A DNA stretch of 64,000 bases from Larus michahellis (Eukaryota). Both the position numbers and the translations under genes were made by a program. The first letter of the stretch is position 1. Each line of letters opens with the position of its first letter. Of this stretch, positions 38,419 to 51,196 are shown piece by piece. The notes under the pieces were generated by a model, which had not been told where the DNA came from, did no database searches, and saw only the letters and a program-made list of their open reading frames with translations. The stretch lies in the NCBI RefSeq assembly GCF_964199755.1, contig NC_133896.1, forward strand, positions 203,271,471 to 203,335,470, read 5' to 3'.

Positions 38419-38517
38419 CTAACAGAATCACTGAAGTAAATGCCACTGCCCAGATTCCCGATGTCAGTTCTTTCCAGGCCATGATCTTCAACAACCACTT
38501 TCGGCATTAGCAGTCCT
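38419..38517 (-). CDS. PARP4: PARP4 exon (PARP catalytic): (R)GLLMPKVVVEDHGLERTDIGNLGSGIYFSDSV
   Basis: Human reads RGLLLPKVVEDRGVQRTDVGNLGSGIYFSDSL. Confidence 0.9.
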
Positions 38518-39813
38518 CTAGAGAAAAACAAGGTCACACAATGAATGAAGTACAAAATACTTTTGCATGTAGCATGTGGGCTAATACACATCGTGCAATC
38601 ACGAACCACAGAGGATAAAAACAAAATACACTTTACAGAAATCATCCATAGACACTCAAGGAAAATAAAGTCTATTCATAAAAAAAATAAATCCCAAAGT
38701 CATATTAATCACCAAGACACTGCTTACATCAGCAATAAAGACTGTTAGTTTTTCATTAAGCAGAAAACCAATGCATTTTCCAGATTCATTGCCAAACACT
38801 CAAAATACTTCTTTTGGTTATTAGATGAGTAGTTCTATGTTTCTAGCAACTGTGCTGTATTCAATTTCAAAAACCTATGACATTTTTATATCTAAGAAAA
38901 AGAAAGTATGAGTTTTAAAGGTAGAATGCTGGGAAATGGATACTTGGAAACTTCTCCAATGTTTGATTTGCAAACCTATTAAGTGTAAAGACACCATCCT
39001 TAAACTGTTTGAGACATTTCATTTATTACTGATTGATGCCCACAGAAAACATTTCATATAAAAAGAATGTAAGAAGACACAATATTTAAATAAGTTCACC
39101 AGTTTTGTAACTCACAATTAAAATCTGCAGTATGAGGAAAACAGAATGCTAATATGACTTTTGAGGTATTTGAATTCTGATAGTGTTATTTATCAGCTAT
39201 GTTCTTTAAAATATCCTTAAATTTTCAGTGGCTGGTGTTCACTGCGTACATACTATGATGAGGATTTAAATATGTCAGGCTACTAGAGGTTATATTATTT
39301 TAGCATTATTACAATGCCTGTGTGATTCCATGGTATTCAGTCACAGAACTAGATATTCTGTTATTCCCAAAAATGATGATAATCTAAAAAATATGCCAAA
39401 TAAAGCAGTTGTGGGGAAATAATGTATAGAAGTGGAAGGAGGACATCGTCAATGCAATTCTTTCCTAAAACAGAATAAATTTTCCACACAGCCATTACTC
39501 CCCATTTTGTCATCTTTCATCTGGATTGAAACCACACTCCTCCTCCTCATATCCAAAAAGCTGCATTCCAAGTCTAATCTAGCCGGACAGTAGTTAAATT
39601 TATCATTACAAAAGATTGATTTTTCCTTCCAGAGGTCTGTAGAAGTATATGGATGTTCATACACAGTTAACATTAATAAGTTAATTAACATAAGTTAACA
39701 TTAGGTTAAACATAATGCAAAAGAACTTAATATTAAAAAAAAAAGTCAAAGTACATTTAAGAACATAGTTAAGCTTCATTCAATGTCACAAAAAAGGGAA
39801 TGCAAATTTTTAC

Positions 39814-39925
39814 CTGGAAAGAATTCCCATGAAGTTGCGCACAGATGATGCATGGAATAAGGATCGAATGTTTCCAACACTGCTCAGAAATTCTGCTGTT
39901 TCAGTTATTCTGCCAACCCTATACA
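39814..39925 (-). CDS. PARP4: PARP4 exon: (x)YRVGRITETAEFLSSVGNIRSLFHASSVRNFMGILS
   Basis: Human reads QIFRVGRVNETTEFLSKLGNVRPLLHGSPVQNIVGILC. Its phase requires an unidentified small exon between this exon and 40923. Confidence 0.8.
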
Positions 39926-40922
39926 CTTTTAAAATTTTCACTGGACAGTCACTACAAGAAATTTGAAATTATCTTTGAGATCGCATGACTTAGTGCATTT
40001 AAGATCAATACACTCTTAAAAGATAGTCTTATTCTAAATCTCAAAGTAACGTTCAACTTTTTTTTTTTGTTAGCAATTTGGGTGGCAATTATTTGGGTAT
40101 AACCACTTAGTAACATGTAGTTGCTAGGTAGGTTTAGACCTTAGCTGCTTAACAGCATATTTACTCAGTAAAAACAAACTTGGAGTGACTATATATGTAT
40201 AATTGAAGCCCACTTAATTCTTCCCTGTATTAATGATCCAACCATTGATTATTACATTTCTAGAACAACCTTCTCTTTAATTTCTCCATATTTACCCATT
40301 TTTAAATTTTATTAACAAAAGAGACAGGGTGCCCAGTTAGAGGCCAATGTCAAGAACGTTAAATAGAATTATAGGCAAATCTGCAGAACAACTTCCCAGA
40401 AATATGTCTTTTTCACACAATTGAAAGCTAACTAGAAAGGGATGGCAAGTTCTGAAGTTCTGTACATAATCAAAAGGTGACCAGGTATTCTCTCCCACTC
40501 CCACCAAGTTCATTCACACAGAAAAAAATTACTTGTTTTACTCAGCAGAACCCCAAATTATACTTTTATGTTTACTTTTCAGTTATTGTATAAAATGCCT
40601 GTAAATAAATACTGAGAAACAGTCAACAAGTCCAGACCCCGTATATCTTATTTTAATAGCTTATATAAATAGATAGCTCTTTACAATTAAAAAACAGGAA
40701 AAAAACCCACCAAAATTGACATTATTATCATTTTCAGTTTTATTTTATATTTACCTCCATTTTGTTCTGTATAAGTTATGGTAAATATGCAGCTCTGCAA
40801 TCCCATTAGCGCAATCAACACTGCACAGTAACAGAACCTGATAATTCAGTCCTCTTTAGAGGTATTTTGTGCACTATACCTTGAATTTTACTGGAATCAT
40901 TGCATAACTATTAAACACTCAC

Positions 40923-41083
40923 TTGTAATTGTTTTTTAACACTTGTTGTTCAACACTGAGAAATTCAGAACTCATTGAGTCAACAGCTTCAATCTTGCAC
41001 CTCAGAGCCCGGTATTTGGCCAAAGATGATGGGTTTGGGCATGACATATTTGTTTCACGTATATTGAGCATGTCTCTAATTAG
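40923..41083 (-). CDS. PARP4: PARP4 exon: LIRDMLNIRETNMSCPNPSSLAKYRALRCKIEAVDSMSSEFLSVEQQVLKNNY
   Basis: Human reads LIRDMVNVCETNLSKPNPPSLAKYRALRCKIEHVEQNTEEFLRVRKEVLQNHH. Acceptor tattttctag|CTA and donor AA|GTGAGT. Confidence 0.9.
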
Positions 41084-41859
41084 CTAGAAAATACAGATAG
41101 AAATTTATGGCTACTTGTTACATTTTAATTAAGGAAACTTGCAAACCAGACGGAATTTTATAAAGTTACAGTATTGTTACAAGTCACAATGAAATGGAAT
41201 ACTCAAAAGAACATTTCCACAGTTTGGAACAAGAGCAGACAGCTGTAGAATCCCATGAAAAAAATTCAGAAGAAAAAGGTATATGGAAAATAGTGTTACA
41301 CTGCTTCTGTACAAGCTTTGGATGGAGCTTGCTCATAACAGCTCCACAAAACAGTGTTTGTGCTTGGTTACCATTTTGATTTTGCTTATTAGGCAATTCT
41401 TACTTGTTAGAATCTGCCTTTGTGTCCCTGAGGCCACTGTCCAGCTAGGGCAGTAGCACAAGGTACCCATGTTATTTTCTCAGATCAGGAGAAAGAAGGA
41501 CATCTAACTTTGAAAAGATTGTAATGCTACGCTTCACTAAGCCATGGGAAAGCTTTATAAGACATAGTAATTTTTTGATATCAGAAATCTCAAAAGGTTT
41601 GAATTATCAAAATATTTCCAAGGTTAAAGGCACTATTAACATTTGTTCTTTTAGAACAGTAAGGAGCCTCCTTCCCTTTACCTCTCCCCCTTTATATTTT
41701 CTAACTTACTGAAGACTGACTTCTGGATATCCTTTGCCAAAAGAAAGAGGTATCTCTGGCAGAAACTATGGAATTTACATTTTAATCGCAACACAAGGAA
41801 GAAATTTGGGTTTGCTCTGTACTTAAAAGAGTGATGAAGCTGTCAGAGCTCTGAGTGCC

Positions 41860-42700
41860 TCTCACCTCTCCAGAGGGCCTGGCTCCTTGAGCTCAGGGCT
41901 AGCTTTGACAGGGCAGCTGTGGCGCCTTGAAAGAGAGCTATGAGAACACTCAGCAGATTCCTGCCCCTCTTTTGCACAAGAGATGCCTTTGAGCTTAGGC
42001 TCTTGCCCTTGGTCTTCCAGCTGAGCTATGTTGCCTATATGCCTGCATCCAGCCTCCCCCCTCCCTGGTTCTGACCCAGATCCTGTGGACTTGAGTTCCT
42101 GGTTTGACCTTGGACCTGCCAGACAAGCCATAATGAAGAGGCAGTCTGGACTGACCCTGGCTACCAGCAGTCACTGTCACCTGCTCTGCTCTTGGGTACC
42201 ATGGGACTAGAGCTGATGGCAGTGGTGTAACTGTCCTGGCCTTGCTCACTTCACCCCAAGCCCCGTCCGCCCGCCCTTGCTGCTGGGTGCCAGGGCTGCA
42301 TCTGTGTGCGCACTCAGCACACCTCGTCGGCAATGCCCCTGTCAGGATGAGAACTTCCCAGCTAGTTTCTGCAGAGATGAGGCAGCGGACTGACCTGCAG
42401 CAGTGTAACAGCACTCCCGATCGACTGAACTCCTAGCCAGCTTAAAAATGAAGGAACTGACTAAGTAGCACAGGAGCTGAGGGGGAGCTATGGGAGAGAT
42501 CCTTGGAGATTCCCCTAAGCAGGTAAGCTACCCTTAGACCAACTGAAAGATGTTATCTGTTTAGATGTGCTGACTAATTCCTTGCACTAACAATCCAGGC
42601 AGCCCACGGAAGTCCCCCAGGCAGTTTGTGCTGCAGAAGTAGAAACAGACCAAGCTGTACACAGATTGCTCATCTTAAATAGTCTCTAGAAACTGTTCCT
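41860..42700. other. GC-rich island of about 0.8 kb inside a PARP4 intron, compositionally distinct from its AT-rich surroundings. Possible TE or LTR-derived insert.
   Basis: A sharp GC shift, many CCTGG and CCCTCC motifs, and spurious ORFs on both strands (41862..42131, 41995..42414 minus; 42028..42210, 42242..42436 plus). No similarity to PARP4 peptides. Confidence 0.3.
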
Positions 42701-43131
42701 GCATATGCAGGAAAGGATACACAGAACAGTCTTTGCATATAGTTAAAATAGCTTAGATATATTTTGCATATAGTTTAAGATAATCAATAGAAAGTGATTA
42801 TGTATGTGCTGGAGTAGTTGCTAGAGTCAGCTGGATGATAACAGTTCGGTGATTCTCATTTGATCCAGCTGAAGATGCCATCAGAACAATGACTGCAATG
42901 GAAACTCCTGTCACCATCTGGACACCAACTGGTCTTCCTGTTCAAAACGCTGAATTCCCCCCATGAGCATTACTCTATTCATTAGATTCCAATGAATTAT
43001 TTCTTTGAAACTGACAGCCTATGACTAGCTGTGCCAAGCATTCTGTCAATTTATCTAGTGAGCATGTTCGAAACTGGTGTAGCACAGTGCAGATCGGGGC
43101 TTACAATCAGGGCAGCAACTGGAAAAGTTAC

Positions 43132-43305
43132 CTGACACAGGTCCTGTTTTCTAGATAACAGCTTTTTGGAAACTTTATAGTCTATGTCAGTTTTGTGACG
43201 TATAACTTGATAGAATTCCATCATCATTTCTTGTAGTGCCACTTCGCCAGCTCCCTCATTGAGTGCATTCTTTACTTGCAGTAAAATACCTTCTGCTTTG
43301 CTCAC
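43132..43305 (-). CDS. PARP4: PARP4 exon: VSKAEGILLQVKNALNEGAGEVALQEMMMEFYQVIRHKTDIDYKVSKKLLSRKQDLCQ
   Basis: Human reads VSKAEGILLLVKAALKNGETAEQLQKMMTEFYRLIPHKGTMPKEVNLGLLAKKADLCQ. Lies in ORF 43051..43305, which begins with a GTG codon. Confidence 0.9.
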
Positions 43306-45297
43306 CTTTAAAAGAAGAGATTATTAAACTGAAAGCTATTGCAAAATTGCAGAAAGAGTGCAAAGCAATAAATACTGAAAATGAATCATTTAATTCCACA
43401 CTGAAATAAAACTTTAACTCTTGTTAGTGCAATATCCACAAAATATTTTCTTGCAATTGGATTATTATTCTGCCCTTACACTGGGCTACTTACAAAGTAC
43501 TTCAAGCAGAGCTAAGAGACAGTAAAATAACCTCCCTGAAATAAAACGGAATATGAATCAGATTGAACAATTACGTTCCTTAACATCTTGTTGATTCATA
43601 TTGTCAGCTTTAACGCATGATGAAATAACAAAGTAGAGGACAATAAATTTCTTACTGTCTACCTGCCCTAGTTCATCCTAAAATACATAAAGCAGAGTAG
43701 AATTCCTATTTGTAAAGTGCAATCTAAAGATGAAATTAAAGCAATGATTAATTTTAGACAGTTTGCCCAGACAGAGAGCACAGATTTGCTTGTATCTGTA
43801 TATTCCTTCTCAATTTGGAATTTTTCCAAGAATACTCTATATTATTTTGTCTTCTCGAGGCAGGAGGAGGAAAAAGGCAAAATGCTTTTTAATTTACATG
43901 AACAACAGGCAACGGCTAGTAAAATGTTCACATCAGAGGCTGCATAGCAGTATCTTACTGCAGTTCAATATTGATGCAAGACTGGTCTCTGTCTCACAAA
44001 TGCCTTTGGGAGAAAAATGGAGGTTAATATAATTGAACAGCAATCCACTTCTTAATTATTCTGTTTCAAAAATCCAGATTTTTTTTTCTTTCAATACAAA
44101 TGCTATTTCTCTTACAAGTTAATTATAAGTGGGAAGATTTAGTGAAAACAGTGTTACCATATTCTTACAGATTAATGCATTGAGATACAGAATCTTTCAG
44201 GTATATGGTTCAGCTCTTGCTAAAGTTACCAATGACTGAACATAATTTATCAAATATTTATCAAATTGCATCTACCTGAAATATGTTAGGACTCTTAATA
44301 TCCAAAAAACTGCATGTCATAAAAGCATTTACCACAAACAGCATTTCCTTATGTCTTTGCTGATTCATGCAATGGACTCACTACTGTCTCTGAGCACGCA
44401 TATACATTATTACTAATGTTCTAGTTACTCACCAGAACCTACATAAATGTGTATTATTTCCACATCATAAAGTGAAAGGAATATTCTTCTACTATATGTC
44501 AACTGAAGAGCATCAAGAGTGAGTTTCATATAGTAAGATTAGGGCAAAGTCATACCAGAATTGGGGACCTTCTACTGGCAGAGCTCTTCCATTTTAAAAC
44601 CAGTATTTTGCCTTCAGTGATAACAGAGATGAATACAACTTTCATCTTAAACAGTCATTTTATTGACTGTTTGTTAAGTTATATGGACTTAAATTACATA
44701 AATAAGCATTATCCTCTTAACTGTCTAGGGAGCAAAGCAAAAGAATTGAAGTATGTGGAAAAGTGGGATTAAACGAGACACAGACTTAAAGGGGTGGATA
44801 GGCAGTTACTCTTAATAACTGTTGTAATATCCAAAGGCCTTCAGGAATAGCTGTGTGTTAGTTACCTGTGTCATCTGATAATGCAGACAGGGACTATAAT
44901 TAAAACTATTTTTCCATTACAAGAGAACGTCTGACTGAAGTATGGTTGAAACATACTGGCAGGAGACAGTAACCTGCTATTACGCACTGCCTTCTATGAC
45001 AATCTTCTTACGTGACTTATCTCATGGAAGGGATCCTCCCATAAGAATTGTGTCAATTGCTATGAAATGGAAAAGACAACCATCTGCCCTAGGGAGTACA
45101 CCATGTTTTTAGTGTCATGATTCTAAAGCAAAATTTGAGATAAAAATTTCTGAAGCATGGATTTGTTGAAGTGCAGGAGTCTCAAAAGTGCAATTAACCA
45201 ATCCCAATCTGAAACACAACATATGTGTTTGCTGGGAAAAAATTATTCTAACAGCATTTATATATTCATCCTCACAGAGTAACAAGAGTTAACTTAC

Positions 45298-45435
45298 ATC
45301 ATTTAGGCTTATGTTGTTTACTGATTCAAGTAGTAAACTATCCAGGTGGCCAATAGCTTCTGCCCAGATCAGTTCCACAAAATCACTAACTTCCTGACAT
45401 ATAGCACTTGAATGGATGGCTTCTTCTAGAAGTAA
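45298..45435 (-). CDS. PARP4: PARP4 exon: LLLEEAIHSSAICQEVSDFVELIWAEAIGHLDSLLLESVNNISLND
   Basis: Human reads LLLEEVMNSSTLSQEVSDLVEMIWAEALGHLEHMLLKPVNRISLND. Confidence 0.9.
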
Positions 45436-46439
45436 CTGTAATAAAATAAACACAATTCAGTGAAAAGACAAAGATGCAAGTCACATCAGTGAAGTTCTTA
45501 CACAGATAATTAAACTTTCCTATCCCCATAAACAGTACAGCGCACAATGCTCATTCATGCTTAGTATAATTTCTTCAGTCCTATCGAACTGAAGGGAAGG
45601 TTTGCTTTTATAAATTCTTCCAAGTGGTGAGCACGGCAGGCCAGATGGCCATGACCTCTCTTGAAAACAGAGACATAAAGTCTTGGAGAAGAGAGAAGTT
45701 GATTTGCTTGATATCTTTACTGGTACATTGTACTATCAGGTACATGGACGTAATAGTCTGCAGACCCCAGCCACTTCCTTTTTTGCACAGCTGGTAAAAG
45801 AACAGATGGCCAGTGTTTTATAACATCTCAAACAGATGACACTAGATGTCTAGTGTAGAAAGCTCTGGTGGGAAAGACATTATTCCCATGAAAACAAAAA
45901 ATTGGAGCACCAAACTACAGTAGAATAGAGAGGCCACGAAAATCAGTGCAATTCTATGAATCAAAAAGACTTGTGAAAACAGATTTTCTCGTGTTTTTCT
46001 GAGGAACGTTTAATATTAAAGTATTTACTTTTTCTCACTGTTCTACAAATCCAGAAGCTGCCATTAAACACTTCTCATACTAGTTTGGACATTCTACATT
46101 ACTTGTTTACCTGGAATTAACCACATAGTTTCTGAGATCACTAGAGGACATATGCGGGCCATTCAACGTTGTTGGATATAATCTATATGCCAGTTGTGCC
46201 TTATAATAGAAACTAACCATGGTGGAAGAGAGAAGCTGATAAAGTACAGTGAGAACAAATTTCTGTCACACTACAACCATTTTAAATAGCAGTAAAACAT
46301 TGTCTGAAGAGTACTTCCGAAAGCAGAAGCCAACTGCTATTGCCCTTGGGAGGAGTCCTGTTACTGATTTCAATACGATCTACATCAAGCCTGTGACATC
46401 TGCACAGCATGCAGAATAATTCGGCAAAGTCATACATAG

Positions 46440-46720
46440 AATGGTCTAGGTTGGAAGAGACCTTTAAGATCATCAAGTCCAACCATTAATCTAACTGACA
46501 AAACCATCACTAAACCATGTCCCTAAGTACTATGTCTACCCATCTTTTAAATACCTCCAGGGATGGTGATTCAACCACTTCCCTGGGCAGCCTGGTCCAA
46601 TGTTTCACCTTTCAGTGAAGAAATATTTCCTAATATCCAGTCCTAACCTCCCCTGGCACAACTTGAGGCCATTTCCTCTTGTCTTGGCGCTTGTTACTTG
46701 GTAGAAGACACCAATCCCCA
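46440..46720 (-). mobile_element. CR1 3' fragment (reverse orientation)
   Basis: Carries tagaatggtctaggttggaagagacctttaagatcatcaagtccaacc…cttccctgggcagcctggtccaatg. Confidence 0.8.
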
Positions 46721-47029
46721 CCTCTCTACGACCTCCTTTCAGGTTTGCTATATGTGATACCTAAAAAGTGATGTGCTCATTAGCTCATAATGCATCTACT
46801 GAGAAAAAAACCCATATAACGAATATGACTACATTTGCTTTTAATGTGTTTACATATGGGGAACATTCACTCAATATTCCAATAATTTCAAAACCTTTAC
46901 ATATAAACAGTTTCCCTTAACCTACAGCTGTATCACTGTAATCTAGACAATGTTTACCCCATTCAGAAAATTGGAAACTAAACCAAATCATTAAGGACAG
47001 AAAAGTGTAAACATGCAAGTTGTACAAAC

Positions 47030-47176
47030 CTGTTGCAATTTTGTAGAAGCTAAAGATTCTGCTTCTGGTGGAAAAGTTTCTCTGAGCAGGAAATCCTGGC
47101 TCTTTAAGTCTGCAATAAAAGTCTCGTACTTTTCTCTTATTTCTTCAGCAGTATTAGTTACAAATTGTTTATTATT
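47030..47176 (-). CDS. PARP4: PARP4 exon: NNKQFVTNTAEEIREKYETFIADLKSQDFLLRETFPPEAESLASTKLQQ
   Basis: Human reads RRQFAIKKTSEDASEYFENYIEELKKQGFLLREHFTPEATQLASEQLQA. Confidence 0.85.
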
Positions 47177-47938
47177 CTGTAAATTGAAAGAGTAAAGTTA
47201 GTCAAAGAAACCACATAGAGACTTAAATAATCAATTTTACCAGACACAGCTCTAACAGCTGACAATCCACATGTAAGTTCTGGGTTGTGATTTAACAGGC
47301 TTCCAGCAAGGCAAAGCTTTCATCAGGCTTCATGGGACAATAACAAGCACAGGACTCCATACACAAACCCCACAGTGACAAGAGAGGTTCATCTAAATGT
47401 GTGCTGGAATAACTTGTTTTATCAATTGAACTATTCAAAATTAATCCCTGATGCAGCTCCTTTGACTTGAATCTAGTGTTGTTACAATGACACAGGCAGT
47501 ACGAGCTGTACCAGAGTGCCTATGTAACTTGTATGCTGAGAAATACACTTAGGCTGCCCTCAGGACAAGCTTTCCCGTCTCTCAATGGTATGTCCAGAAT
47601 ATCACTCGCTATAGCATTTCAGCATGTAAACATGTTATTATAAGTTTAGATATTGCCAGGAAAATATATGTGAGTATGAGGCAGGTGGATCCAGGACCAT
47701 GCTGTGCTGCTGTCAAGTCCCCAAACAGTTCTTTTGAGCAAACTGTAAGCAAACACAGAGTAGAGGAGCCAACTATAAATCAAACTGTTTATGATAAAGC
47801 TTAACAGAATGACCTCCTATCATCTATATCTAAGGAACAGCCTGCAAATAAGAATGAAATGCATCTGAAGCTCTCTAGAATGGGTACGTTCGATGTGCAT
47901 AAAGAAACAAACAGGTAATGTCAATGTGTGGTTCATAC

Positions 47939-48052
47939 CTTTGTTCCATCTGATGTACTGAAGTTTGCATATAGTCGAAACGGAAACTTGCAACGCTCTT
48001 GGGAACACTGTAATTCAATAACTACAAAATCTTTGCTTTCCTTCGACTTGAC
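47939..48052 (-). CDS. PARP4: PARP4 exon (BRCT region): VKSKESKDFVVIELQCSQERCKFPFRLYANFSTSDGTK
   Basis: Human reads …EKVGMEGGQEAVVVELQCSRDSRDCPFLISSHFLLDDGMET. Confidence 0.8.
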
Positions 48053-49779
48053 CTAAATGGAGAGATAAATAAAGCCCCGCAACCCCCAATTTATTGCTTA
48101 ACGGTGTTTCATTCACATGATGTTGCATCAAGTACTTCCCTTTGTCCTATTTATTTTTTCACCCAACTTAGCACCGCTATGACTGGCTAAGAAAAGAAGC
48201 AGAATTACTTATTATTTGTAGCACAGTAACAAGCAGAAGCCCCTCTCATGGCTTCACTGTACTGGTTGCTGTGTATTTCCATCATTTTCGTGTGTTTAAA
48301 GATTTTTTAATAACAAAGTTCAAAATTTAAATTAGACTTAGCACATAACAGCTATGATAACGTACATCTTGTCAGAAGCAAACATATTATTCTACTGCAT
48401 TACTTTGGTGAGAACACTACAGCGATAATAGAAAAGTTTTATTTGGATAGAATTAGACTGCAATGAAAGACAGAAAGCACTTTTCAATACACCTCTTTGC
48501 ATTGCTGTACGTGATAACATAGAAGAGTTACTGTTGATGTGTATAAAACTATAAACCTTTTATTCATCTACTGATCCTCCTACATTCTCTCACAATAACA
48601 GAAAGGCTTACTTTTTCAAGGACACTGTATTTTGCTACCTCAAAATCTTGGGGGAAAAAAGAAGTATCTTGGTAATTTTCACCATGAAGTCTGGAATGGA
48701 ATCAGAATGATTAAAATCACATATGCCCAGTAAATATTGTACTGTAATAGGCTGCAACATCATACTAAAGTAGGAACTAATATAACAAGATAAATCTATT
48801 TTTCAGCAGCAAAATAACAGCAACAAAAGTTTTGACAAATGAAATCCCACACAGACAAGCTGCTGCACTAACAGGCCAGAATGTCTAATGTGAACCTGAA
48901 GACTAGATTTCAATCTTCATTCTTCAGAAAAACTATGGATGCAACACACAATAAATGTATTTTCATTGCCTAGTTACACATTAATTTTTTAATAGCTTGA
49001 TCAGCTACCAGTGCTGCCTGAGGCTAATTCCTCCCTTACTCTTGACTTTCACATTAGGATATATAGGTGTAGTTATATTCTTCAGCATCAGGACTTTTAG
49101 ACCAAGTGTAACTTCTCGTACATTCACACAAAGTAACTAAATATCTGCCCTACGACTGAACAGTAGTCTCTAAAATTGAAAGCTGCATTTTGTTAATAGA
49201 TTTAAGAGCGCCGGAGCTGATTTTGTTGCTTTAACTCAATAATTAAAAACAGTTGTAACAATACTGCTTCCCCATCAACTAAGGGCAGTCTCAGTTATCT
49301 TGATTTTCTCCCAAGAATTTTCATGGGAGAAAGAGATGCTCAGCACTTCTAAAAACAGTGGATTGAAAAAAAACTGTGTGATAATAAACAGAGCTCCCAT
49401 CAGAAAACCATAAAGCTCAGGCATAGTAATGCCTGGTGAGTTGGTAGAAGCTTTGCATGTATTAGGGGGCTGGACTGTAGGTGTCCACTGAGATGGAAAA
49501 ATGTAAAATAACTTTCCAGTCACATCTGAAGGTTCAAAAAAAAAGAAAAAGAAGCCGTTACAAATTCATACATACAGCATACAGAAAATGAAGAAAGAAT
49601 AATTTTATCTTCCACTACATTATTAAGATTATGAGAGCCATTTCCAGGTGTCGATGGAACACACTGGGAGGTGGGTTTTTTTGGTTTTTTGGTTGTTTTT
49701 TTTCAATTTACAGAAATATCAACACAGAGGTATCAAAATACATCTTTAATTTTATTTTATTTTACCTAAGAGTCCTCAC

Positions 49780-49889
49780 TTTGGCCTCAATTCTTCTCTT
49801 ACTGTCTTCAATAACAGTAAGGTTGGAATAGTTGTTTTCATTTTTTTTTGTGGCATTTTTCTTTTTAGATGACGACAGTTTTTCCACAT
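49780..49889 (-). CDS. PARP4: PARP4 exon (tentative): (D)VEKLSSSKKKNATKKNENNYSNLTVIEDSKRRIEAK. An alternative donor lies 14 bp downstream at 49766.
   Basis: Acceptor ttgattgcag|AT in phase 1, matching exon 3. Weak similarity to human …KASSSEVKTEGLCPDSATEEED…. Donor AAA|GTGAGG gives phase 0 into the next exon. Confidence 0.5.
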
Positions 49890-51009
49890 CTGCAATCAAA
49901 ACATTTATTTACTTGGTATAATAACTGGTTTCTCTAATTTAATTTATGAATAGTCAATAAAAACAATACTACTACTTAATATTGATAAATATTTTACACG
50001 CTGAAACAAGTTAACCAGCTTCTAAGGTCCCATTTTATTCCGCCTTATAACTGGCAGGATACGGAGTCAAGTATCGAAGGGCAACTGCCTCAGCTGCCTC
50101 ACTGCTAGAACCAGAGCTACCCCAGGCTATGCCAGAGCTTACTCCCTTCAGGCACTTCTTTTTTTTTTAAAAGTTGTAAGTTGTATAGATATAGTCTATG
50201 AATGCAGTTTTACTTTTACCTTAAAACTATTTAGGCTTGTTACTGAATGGATCTACCAAGCTCCAGACATGCACACCCATGGCCTCTGCTGTGCAAAATC
50301 AGATTTGTCCAACAGACTCAATGACACAGCAAACGTACAAATGCGGGGGTCCTGATTCTCAAGTCTTATATATAGTTCTGAAAATCGGACTGATTCATGA
50401 CATGAAAATGTTCATAAAATAAGATGTATTATCTCAAAAGTAACTACTTTTAAAAATAATCAAAGGAAAGACTAGCATCCAGCAAAAGTAAAAAGAAATA
50501 AAAAGCATAGTTACTAGGAAGAAAAAAAGAGAATTAAAACACTAATAACTTTCAGGATGACAATTTTTTGCTGACTGCACACATTCAATAGAATTATCTT
50601 TCTCATCTCTTTTTGGTGTTCTTTTGCTTGTTTCATAGCATTAAAATGAACATTTGTCTTTTTTCCTTCTACACAGTGTTATGGTAATTTGCATCTGGAC
50701 CATGTCACACACTGGAATGCTTGAGGTTCTTCTATTTTAATTATGCTGCATTAAATATTTCTAGCCCATGTTAACCCTTTCACTAGCTATCTTATTTTCT
50801 CATAATACTGAGTTCAAAACATAACACTTCCTCCTACTGAAAACCACTGTGTTCTGTAGAAATTAACTAAAATTTCGAGGTTATTTCCAACTTTATTGCT
50901 AGTTTCCATGGTTGCTGATTTCTTAAAAGCTGGTTCTAAATATTTATTTTCTGAAACATTCTTTTCCAAAGTAACTGATAGAGGAATAAACAATGTCAAA
51001 TACACTTAC

Positions 51010-51196
51010 CCTGCCCTTGGTCAGAAGTGTCATCTTGTGATATATTAACCTTAAATGCATCAATCTGTAAAAGCTTCCCCTTTTCAACTGATTTCCAAAT
51101 GAAATCTGCACATAAAACAGGTAGCTGATACTTCTGAATATTTTTTAGATCGCGACAGCTGAGGACATTAGCGGTATCCACAAGAACATGTGTACT
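51010..51196 (-). CDS. PARP4: PARP4 exon 3 (BRCT): STHVLVDTANVLSCRDLKNIQKYQLPVLCADFIWKSVEKGKLLQIDAFKVNISQDDTSDQGQ(G)
   Basis: Human reads CTHIILDNADVLSQYQLNSIQKNHVHIANPDFIWKSIREKRLLDVKNYDPYKPLD…DQKAS. Within ORF 50996..51214. Confidence 0.9.

Noticed and set aside
39449-39691. ORF containing …NYCPARLDLECSFLDMRRR…, which looks superficially like PARP4 …KYRALRCKIEHVEQ…
   Set aside because: It lies downstream of the exon that follows that segment in the protein, so the order is wrong. The true exon, with a much better match (LAKYRALRCKIEAV), is at 40923-41083.
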